Assembly: GCA_002269645.1 (NCBI GenBank)
Contig: NIVC01000387.1
Coordinates: 439,392-503,391, forward strand
Length of the DNA stretch: 64,000 nucleotides
Origin: Macrostomum lignano
Lineage: Eukaryota
Reading direction: 5' to 3'
In this document: positions 23,911-33,356 of the stretch, piece by piece
Numbering within the stretch: the first letter of the stretch is position 1
Layout: each line of letters begins with the position of its first letter
Translations under genes and position numbers: made by a program
The notes under the pieces: generated by a model
What the model was told of the DNA's origin: nothing
What the model saw: the letters and a program-made list of their open reading frames with translations, nothing else
Database searches by the model: none

Positions 23911-24834
23911 TTTAGAGCCTTCTAATCTTCCTCAAACTTCTTTTAGATTTGCGAAGTCAAGCAGGCTATTACAATGGCATAAACCAGGGAAATGAGAGAC
24001 CAAAGCCATCCGGTTGGGATTCAGCATGCGCTAAGGCTGCGCCAAGAATCTATACTTTGGAGTGTCAAATGTCAAAAAGCGACGAGGACGAGAATCAAAT
24101 AAAATCGAGTCATTGCAAGGAACAGCAAATTAGTTTGGGATAGGGAAATTTAAAATTTCATAGAGGAATATTTGATTAAGTCTTCCAGGTGCGATTTTAC
24201 TGCAAATTCATTGCATTTACTGGTAGAGTGAAAACAGTCACAGTGGCTCATAATTATTAATAATTCAATTATGCATAATTAGCGCTAGTAGGAACAGCAA
24301 AGTAAAAGGTAAATTTCCCACTGGTTTCGGGGCCAGGCCTCACCCAGATTTCATTACTACAACAGCGACGCACTGCTGCAAGTAGCATGTGCTGCATCTG
24401 TCATCAAAGCGCTGATAGCGATGGAAGTTTGGCAAGTCCAGAGGACGCATCGCGAGGTGATTCTTCGTGGCCAGAATTCCATAGAGACCGTCGGAAAACA
24501 CTTAATAACGGCTTGGCTAATTACTGTGAGTGAGGGCAGAACTTGAGTTGCAAACAGAAATAAATAAACAATCTGAGATGGTTAGGCAGAGAAGCCTCAT
24601 GACAGGAGTAGCAAAAATTCACCATTGGGTACGCTAGATTAAGAGAGCTGATCTACAAAATAAACAAGCACGGACCGCAAGGATACTAATGAGTTAGTGA
24701 ATAAATCTGCTTATTTGGGGCAACCACTGAGATAGGGGCTGCCGCATATACTTGGACTTTTCCTTGTCACTTGAAGGATCTAAATTAAAATTCAAAAAAT
24801 TCCATGGCCCCATGATTTGAAGAGTCCACGGCCC

Positions 24835-25905
24835 ATAATTGGAGCAGTCCATGACCCAATCATTGGAGCAGCGCATGACCCAATCATTGGAGCAGTCCAT
24901 GACCCAATCATTGGACCAGTCCATGACCCAATCATTGGACCAGTCCATGACCCAATCATTGGACCAGTCCATGACCCAATCATTGGACCAGTCCATGACC
25001 CAATCATTGGACCAGTCCATGACCCAATCATTGGACCAGTCCATGACCCAATCATTGGACCAGTCCATGACCCAATCATTGGACCAGTCCATGACCCAAT
25101 CATTGGAGCAGTCCGTCACCCAATCATTGGACCAGTCCATGACTCAATCATTGGACCAGTCCATGACCCAATCATTGGACCAGTCCATGACCCAATCATT
25201 GGACCAGTCCATGACCCAATCATTGGAGCAGTCCGTCACCCAATCATTGGACCAGTCCATGACTCAATCATTGGACCAGTCCATGACCCAATCATTGGAC
25301 CAGTCCATGACCCAATCATTGGACCAGTCCATGACCCAATCATTGGACCAGTCCATGACCCAATCATTGGACCAGTCCATGACCCAATCATTGGACCAGT
25401 CCATGACCCAATCATTGGACCAGTCCATGACCCAATCATTGGACCAGTCCATGACCCAATCATTGGACCAGTCCATGACCCAATCATTGGACCAGTCCAT
25501 GACCCAATCATTGGACCAGTCCATGACCCAATCATTGGACCAGTCCATGACCCAATCATTGGACCAGTCCATGACCCAATCATTGGACCAGTCCATGACC
25601 CAATCATTGGACCAGTCCATGACCCAATCATTGGAGCAGTCCGTCACCCAATCATTGGACCAGTCCATGACTCAATCATTGGACCAGTCCATGACCCAAT
25701 CATTGGACCAGTCCATGACCCAATCATTGGACCAGTCCATGACCCAATCATTGAAGCAGTCCATGACCCAATCATTGGACCAGTCCATGACCCAATCATT
25801 GGAGCAGCGCATGACCAAATCATTGGAGCAGCGCATGACCAAATCATTGGAGCAGTCCATGATCCAATCATTGGACCAGTCCATGACCCAATCATTGGAC
25901 CAGTC
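24835..25905. repeat. 24-bp minisatellite (CATGACCCAATCATTGGACCAGTC), about 45 copies
   Basis: Direct periodicity; source of the HDPIIGPV and QSLDQSMT ORFs. Confidence 0.96.
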
Positions 25906-26438
25906 CCTGATTCAAGGACTTAATAAGTGTTGGAAACAGCGCGCCCAAAAGGACCCAAGCTACAACAATGCTGTCAAAGCCAGCAAACTGACTAAATAAC
26001 AGCAATAAAACAGAGAAAATTAACTTGCTGAAAAGTACACGACTCAGTAGTGATCACAGTTCTATTGAAAGCAACAATATGCGAGAAGATTAGGACAGTA
26101 GACATCATGTTAAGCTAAAGAGTACATCATAAACACATTCATATGGCGCATGCTACAGCAATTCTCTCTGCAGATGCGCAAGTGGAGGCATGGCGGGATA
26201 AAGGGGCTAATTGGACAAGACAGAATACTGAGCGCCCAAGAAGGGCAGCACTGTGGGCCGGGCTTTACTGAATATTAGCATATATTGTGTGACTTCAGCC
26301 AATAGAAGCATATTTGTTCATGGCATCAATTCTATCATAGCTAAGTTGCTTATCGCGCCACAGAAATAGGCATTTCTCGTGGGGTGCATCGGAATAAAGG
26401 CGGTACCGCGGCAAACATCAGGATTCTGTCCGAGCAGT

Positions 26439-26482
26439 TCACTTGGACTTGCTGTGCTGGATCAGCCACTGCAGTGTTATGT
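26439..26482 (-). CDS. ARL8: ARL8 last exon ((D)ITLQWLIQHSKSK*)
   Basis: Matches the ARL8 C-terminus; tttcag acceptor, phase 1, TGA at 26439-26441. Confidence 0.92.
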
Positions 26483-26809
26483 CTGAAAGTTTGTAGCAGA
26501 GTTAAAGCGGTAAATCAGGAGCGCGGGAAGTAGATTGAGAGGGAGAGTGGGAAGCAGGGCGAGAGGGAGAGCTGGGAGTAGAGTGGGAGGGAGAGTGGGG
26601 AGTAGAGTGAGAAGGAGACTGGGGAGTAGAGTGAGAGGGAGAGTGAGAAGTAGAGTGAGGTGAGAGGGAGAGTGAGGAGTAGAGTGAGAGGGAAAGTGGG
26701 GAGGATTGAGAGAGAGGGAGTGGGGAGTAGGGTGAGGGGGAGTGAGGAGTAGATTGAGAGGGAGAGTGGGGAGTAGAGTGGGAGGGAGAGTGGGGAGAAA
26801 GCTGGAGAT

Positions 26810-27625
26810 CCCCTGTCTAACAGGTGACACTATCCCCTGTCTAACAGGTGACACTATCTCCTGTCTAACAGGTGACACTATCCCTTGTCTAACAGGTGAC
26901 ACTATCCCCTGTCTAACAGGTGACACTATCCCTTGTCTAACAGGTGACACTATCCCTTGTCTAACAGGTGACACTATCCCTTGTCTAACAGGTGACACTA
27001 TCCCCTGTCTAACAGGTGACACTATCCCTTGTCTAACAGGTGACACTATCCCCTGTCTAACAGGTGACACTATCCCTTGTCTAACAGGTGACACTATCCC
27101 CTGTCTAACAGGTGACACTATCCCTTGTCTAACAGGTGACACTATCTCCTGTCTAACAGGTGACACTATCCCTTGTCTAACAGGTGACACTATCCCTTGT
27201 CTAACAGGTGACACTATCCCTTGTCTAACAGGTGACACTATCCCTTGTCTAACAGGTGACACTATCCCTTGTCTAACAGGTGACACTATCCCTTGTCTAA
27301 CAGGTGACACTATCCCTTGTCTAACAGGTGACACTATCTCCTGTCTAGCAGGTGACACTATCCCTTGTCTAACAGGTGACACTATCCCCTGTCTAACAGG
27401 TGACACTATCCCCTGTCTAACAGGTGACACTATCTCCTGTCTAACAGGTGACACTATCCCTTGTCTAACAGGTGACACTATCCCCTGTCTAACAGGTGAC
27501 ACTATCCCTTGTCTAACAGGTGACACTATCTCCTGTCTAACAGGTGACACTATCCCTTGTCTAACAGGTGACACTATCCCTCTCTAACAGGTGACACTAT
27601 CCCCTCTCTAACAGGTGACATTGTC
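26810..27625. repeat. 24-bp minisatellite (ATCCCTTGTCTAACAGGTGACACT), about 34 copies, embedded in a purine-rich tract (26520-26800 and 27645-27770)
   Basis: Direct periodicity; lies in ARL8 intron 2. Confidence 0.95.
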
Positions 27626-27784
27626 TAGACAGACTATTCTGTCTAGGGAAAGTGGGGAGTAGAGTGAGAGAGAGTGGGGAGAAGAGAGGATGAGAAGTAG
27701 AAAGGAGAGAATACGAGCTATCAGAACGGGGAGTTGTGTGGAAAGTGGTAGGAGGGCATGTGAGGGAGAAGGGGCGGCACTGAC

Positions 27785-28172
27785 CGATATTCTCCTTCTC
27801 CTTGCAGCTGATGGAGTAGCAGCAGATCTCTCTGTCGGTGATGCCGTCAAGGCTGAGCCGCTCGATAAGCTGCCTCTCGTTGAGGGAGCCCTGCAGGTCT
27901 CGCTTGTTGCCCAGCACGAGCACCGGGATGCCCTGCAGCTGCGGCTTGTCGAGCAGGTTGTGCAGCTCGTTCCTGGCCGCCTCCAGCTTGTCGGCGTCGG
28001 CCGCGTCCACCATGTAGACGATGGCGTTGACACCGCGGCAGTAGCGCTCCCACATGCTGCGGAAGCGGGGCTGGCCGCCAATGTCCCATAGCTTGATGGT
28101 GACGCTGCCCTTGGTGATCTTTCGCATGTTGAAGCCCACGGTGGGGATCATGTCCTCTGTGAACTGGCCGGA
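27785..28172 (-). CDS. ARL8: ARL8 (ADP-ribosylation factor-like 8) exon 2
   Basis: [22 protein letters not shown]...[20 protein letters not shown]...LGNKRDL...[14 protein letters not shown]; 388 nt, phase 0 in / 1 out. Confidence 0.96.
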
Positions 28173-29026
28173 CTGGGAGTGGGTTGGGGAAACACAAAGT
28201 TATTTTCAATATCTTCATCAAAATGCAATAGGAGATAAGGACAACGCTCATTGAAGGTGTAAACTGAGATACAAGATTAAAATGTCACTTCTTGTGACCG
28301 TAACACATTTCTTCCTATGCCAAACCCATGCTAAAAGCAACTGCAATCAGTCAGATGTCAGTCAGATTTTCAACTATATTGTAAGTGAACAAAGTCTATT
28401 ATAACAAAGTTTATTTGTGTATGTTGACAATTTTATATCAATAAATACTTAATGAATTTAAAAAATAATCCTAAGGAAAAATTAGGAAGTGAGCTTATAC
28501 ATAGATTGAAGGATAAAAAATATATTATATGGCTTATAAAATTGATACAGATAATTTTATAAATCAATACATTAAAAAAGTTAGTTTAAAAAGTACTTTA
28601 ATAAGTTATCTATTATTTATAGTTTAATTAGATCATTTATATTTAAAGGCTTAGATTATAAGTTATTATATGGTAAGTTTTTTCTACATAAGATGTAAAG
28701 CAAATATCATAGATAATAGATGCCAGCTAGCATCCTAGTTTTTAATTTGGATCTTAAAAATGGCACAGTAATACCAATACTTAAAAACTTAGCTTTTATG
28801 TATGATTTATATGAGAATGACTTATGCAAGTTTTAATAAGTGTTTTATATAGCTTTGTATAGGGACTTCAGTGAGGATCTCATGATTTACCAATATTTAT
28901 ACGAAGGGAAAAGTTAAAAAATATATTTTTGCAAATATATAACTTTAGAATAAATCTTTTTATAAAGAAAAATATTTTATAAATGTATATGGCTTCCATT
29001 AGAATGAAAATAAACTATACCCCATT

Positions 29027-29312
29027 GGGAAATAATTGTCCCTTAGTTATGCCAAATGACATACAAAAATGGATAAGATAAAAAAAATCAATATAGTAAC
29101 AATTATTAATAATTAGTGCACAATTGTAGCAATCATAATTGTTTTACAACTGATATCATTACTCCTATTTGGCACAATAATATACTAATTTATATTATAT
29201 TATAACTATGCCAACTATGCCAAAAGGATATTTGAGGGCAATTAAATGTGCTAATTGGCATAGTCTGGCATATTTGGCAAAATTATAGATTATGTTAGGG
29301 TAATTATTTCCC
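29027..29312. mobile_element. Putative PIF/Harbinger-type MITE (286 bp)
   Basis: 11-bp perfect TIRs GGGAAATAATT / AATTATTTCCC, flanked by ATT on both sides (3-bp TSD). Internal ATGCCAA/TTGGCA motifs. Confidence 0.5.
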
Positions 29313-30111
29313 ATTAAGTCTAGGACCTATATTTGAGACATTACAAAATAGGTGCTTTTGTACTAAGCCAATATAATAAATATATTTTTTAATTTTTAAT
29401 TAATCTTCAAGTATAGTTATATATATATATATATTATATAATATTTCAATATATAATATTTCAATAAAGTTCTCACTATTTTTATATTTTTAATAGGTTA
29501 GGCTTAGCTTTATTGTCTTAGGTCAAGAAACAAATTTTAATATGCTGTTTATTATAGGAGGAAAATAGAACCAAAGTTATAATTGTACAGACATTTGCAG
29601 GGTTTTCTTTTTTGCGAGAGAAAGGGTGCAAAATTGCACCCTATGCTCACTTTCATGGTGCAATTTTAAGGCTCAAAGTGCAATTTCTCTTTTTTCTTAT
29701 TTTAAGGCAGTGCAAATAAGGCTTTAATAGAAAAATAGGTTATGAGACCGCACCTAAACTGCATCTATGTTTTAATTGTGCTAGGGGTATTCCCGTACGA
29801 TACAAAATCCTACTGCTGTAACCAAAGTTGTAACAAGGCTTTTTCTTCTGTCCTCCAACTAACTTTACTAACTGCCACCAAGTTGTTACAGGGGTTATTC
29901 CTGTTTGCCAACTACAGTTATCCTGATTATACTTGTTTTCACTCCCTAACTATTTCTCAGAATTTCATTTAAATACCTTTGGGTAGCGTTCTTAGTAGCG
30001 TTTTTGGTAGCATTCTCATACATGCGCAACTTCTGAAATTATGCTGGCCGTGCGACTTAGTTTTCGATAAAAAATGCGACTTACCTATGAAAGAGCCAAG
30101 CAAAAACTTTA

Positions 30112-30175
30112 GGTAAACGGCAGGAGTAACTATGACCATATTTTTAAAGCTTAATGCCTCGCCAGCTAATTAGTG
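30112..30175 (+). pseudogene. Diverged 28S rRNA fragment (LSU helix 69-71 region)
   Basis: GGTAAACGGCAGGAGTAACTATGAC...AATGCCTCGCCAGCTAATTAGTG versus the conserved 28S GGTAAACGGCGGGAGTAACTATGACTCTCTTAAGGTAGCCAAATGCCTCGTCATCTAATTAGTG. Confidence 0.8.
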
Positions 30176-30629
30176 CTGCGTGCAGATTTCGCGTTTTTAT
30201 AACAGCTAATCAGTATGTCATCTAGTGGCGGCATGAAGCAATTAGTAAATTGTCAGTACAGTGTAGTGAGCATACTACAAAAGTCATGATTCATGAATGT
30301 CCAGAAGTAAGTGAAGTGAATACAGTGTGACCTATAGCTCAAGAACGATTTGCTAGACGATTTGGCATGGAAGATGAGAGCCCTGATTCAGATGGCTCAT
30401 CAGATGCAGAATACGAATCCAGTAGAGATACAAGCTGTGAAAACCCACAGATTTTTAAACCACTGAATTCTAATTCCCGGAACTATTTTTGCATAGATTC
30501 TAAATTTGAAGTCATGCTCAAACAAAAACTTGTTAACAGTTAGGAAAAAGGCAAAGATGGGAGTAAATGCATGTTAAACTAAGATTTGAGGCCTTTGCAA
30601 ATTCTCTCCATTCCTCAATCTTCTCATCC

Positions 30630-31260
30630 TCTTTTTCTTTTCTCTCTCATCCCTTATCCCTTCTCTCTTTCCTCTCCTCTCCTATCTCTTCTGTCTCCTC
30701 TCTACATTCTTATTTCTCCTCTCGTCTCTCTCCATTCCACTCTACTCTTTCATCTTATCTTCCCTCTCGTGTCTCTCCACTCTACTCTCTCATCTTATCT
30801 CTCCTCTCTTTTCTACTCTCTCATCTCTCCTCTCTTCACTCTCCTCTCATCTCCTCTTTATCCTCTCTTCTCTCATCTACTCTCTCCTCTTTCCTCTTTC
30901 CTCTCTTCTGATCTCATCCATCATCTTTTCTTTCCTCTTTCCTCTCATCTCCTCTTCTCTCTCATCTCTTTTTCCTCCCTCAGCTTTTCTCTCCTCTTCT
31001 ATCTTTTTCCCATCGCATCGCTCGCCTCTCCTCTGTTTGCTTATCTCTAATCTTCTATTCCCTCTACTTTGAAGTAAGAAAATATGCACATATTTTTGCT
31101 GAAGATAAGAGGAGAGAAGAGGGCATTGAGGAGAAAGGGTAGAGAGAAAGGGGAGAAGAGAGGAGAGTAAAAATGAGAGGAGAGAGAAGAGGGAAAAGGG
31201 GGAGAGAGAGAAGAGGGGAGGCAAGGTAGAGAAGAAGAGAGAGATGAGAGTTGAAGAGAC
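30630..31260. repeat. TC-rich tract (30630-31050) followed by GA-rich tract (31105-31260)
   Basis: Low-complexity pyrimidine then purine tracts inside the transposon. Confidence 0.8.
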
Positions 31261-31299
31261 ACCAACCTTTCTACTCGTAGTTAGGAAGTTTCAAAGAAC

Positions 31300-31355
31300 C
31301 CGAGGGGCGAGGGCCAGATAGAGGGGCTTCGCGAGCCGGAGTTTGCCGACCCCTG
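31300..31355 (-). mobile_element. Orphan hAT/MITE-like terminus (reverse complement CAGGGGTCGGCAAACTCCGGCTCGCGA)
   Basis: Resembles common hAT MITE ends; partner end and TSD not found. Confidence 0.4.
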
Positions 31356-33233
31356 CTCCAGAGTTTAAGAAATCAATGGGAAACTGTTGACGCAGGCTTC
31401 TGATTTCAAAGATCTTGTCTGTTGTTGAAGGCTTCTATTCTGTTTTTGCTCTCCTGCCACACTTGCACCTACTACCCCCTGATTGCCTCTGATTGTGACT
31501 TACTTCCCTCTTATTGTGACTTAGCTGATCCTTTTTGCGACTTACCTAATCCTTTTTGCGACTTACCTAACCCTTTTTGCGACTTACCTAATCCTGTTGC
31601 AACTTACCTGATCCTTTTTGCGACTTGCCTAATCCTGTTGCAACTTACCTGATCCTTTTTGCGACTTGCCTGATTATTTTTACAACTTAGTTTGCTTCTT
31701 TTGCGAATTGTTTTTCTTTTGCTTCACCATTTTCCCTGAACTGCTCTTTCTTTCGCTTTCCTCTTGCCTTTTTTGGTTCTTGTGTTTTTCTGTTTTTGGT
31801 TGACTCAATTTTGCGACTTACCCCTGGTCAGCCACGATTTATGGTGGCCAGATCGGCCAGGTCGGCCAGCAGTTGCGCATGTATGAGCATTCTGGTAGCT
31901 TATGGCTAGCTTTCTGGTAGCTTATGGCTAGCTTTCTGGTAGCATTCTGGTAGCTTATGGCCTGAGCGGTCTAATACTGGTATATGTATTAGTGAATAGT
32001 CCTAATCGGGCGTTACTGAGACTAGAGGGTCATGGCACCTCTCGTAATACTTCTACAAATTGTTCCCCGATTCTCTTTTCTTAGCAAATCTCTTGGAATC
32101 GTTTCTCAGACTTTGCAAATGAATAAGTCGCTATTCAACTCGAAAGACTTTGAAAGGTTTAGATTGAACTGCTTATTTTGTTCGCAATATTGCTCACAGG
32201 TAAAAGACAGTTGGTTTATTTGCTACAAAACCGCTCTTATATACAGTGGTTTCCCCCCCTATACGATTAAAACAAAAAATAATTCCCCAATTTATTTTGC
32301 ACAGTAAAACAAAATATTCAGTATGGTAAAACAAAATATTTATCTAGTATTTCACACGAGTTTGGTTTCTAAGAAAACATACCTTTATTGCTCAAAATTC
32401 GTACAGTATTGGAGCACTACTATATAATTTCAGGGTGCAATTTTAAAATGTAAGGTCCATATGCACACTCTATGCACAAAAAATAAACCTAGGACATTTG
32501 TTATAGCAAAAAAATAATTTTCATAGTCTTCCAATGTAGTGTTTTAGGCTAAAGGCTAATGTTTTAAAATATGGTTATTAAGGTTTTACATATCCATATG
32601 CTAAAAATTCTAGATATATTAGATTTATTCTTATTAAGACAATATACATATATTATATAATATATAATATATATTAATGTGAGAAAACTATTTTATCACT
32701 AGACCAATTTTTAAAAAGTGTCTTGCTGTTTAAAAAAATGAGATTTATCAATTAGAAATATAAAAATATTTTTAAAAATAACTAACTTTATTTTAATAAA
32801 ATCCTTTCTAATCAATAATATAATATATATAGCTCATTAATTTCAAATTGATTTGAAAATAATAGTCCATTGTTTCATTTTTTGCTAGAACATATTCTTA
32901 TAAAAGATAATGCCATGATCTAAAATGATAAAGCTTAGTCTATAGATGTCTTTCTTTTAAAGTTTTGTTTTGTTCTTAATTCTGACAATATTAATTGATA
33001 ATAATAACCAATACTAATGAGCCAGTAATACATATATAAAACATATACATATAGTTTAAATGAAGCATGTTATTTAAGATTGTTGTCAATAAGTGAAAAG
33101 AGAAAACTCAATTTGAATAGGTCTATTCTATATATGAATTGACTTCATACAAATACAAGCCACAGTTTTTGTTGACATGCTTTGTATCAGATTCAATCTG
33201 AATTTAATGTGGTCTAAGATGCAGAAAACTTAC

Positions 33234-33356
33234 AGCGATCACATTGACGAACGTTGTCTTTCCTGAATTTTGAAGACCAACTAGTGTCAACTCCATTTCT
33301 TCCTTCCAAAAAAGGCTCTTAACCCAATCCAAGATTCGCTGGACAAGGGCAAACAT
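33234..33356 (-). CDS. ARL8: ARL8 exon 1 ([41 protein letters not shown])
   Basis: Typical ARL8 amphipathic N-terminus plus P-loop; 123 nt, GTAAGT donor, phase 0. Confidence 0.95.

Larger units (their letters stand above)
30017..31885. mobile_element. Non-autonomous cut-and-paste DNA transposon (P- or hAT-type), 1869 bp
   Basis: Perfect 15-bp TIRs CATACATGCGCAACT (30017-30031) and AGTTGCGCATGTATG (31871-31885). Exact 8-bp TSD AGCATTCT (30009-30016 and 31886-31893). GCTGGCCG shared subterminally and GCGACTTA repeats near both ends. No transposase ORF. Confidence 0.85.

Noticed and set aside
24694-27587. HDPIIGPV, QSLDQSMT, SPVRQGIV and IPCLTGDT repeat ORFs
   Set aside because: 24-bp arrays; the second lies inside ARL8 intron 2. 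No evidence of coding.
27597-27784. C-terminal extension of the ARL8 ORF (GQCRPFSLT...)
   Set aside because: Read-through into intron 2; the real C-terminus is the 26439-26482 exon.
30112-30175. A functional rRNA gene
   Set aside because: Only about 65 nt, helix-69 pairing is disrupted, and there is no flanking rDNA.
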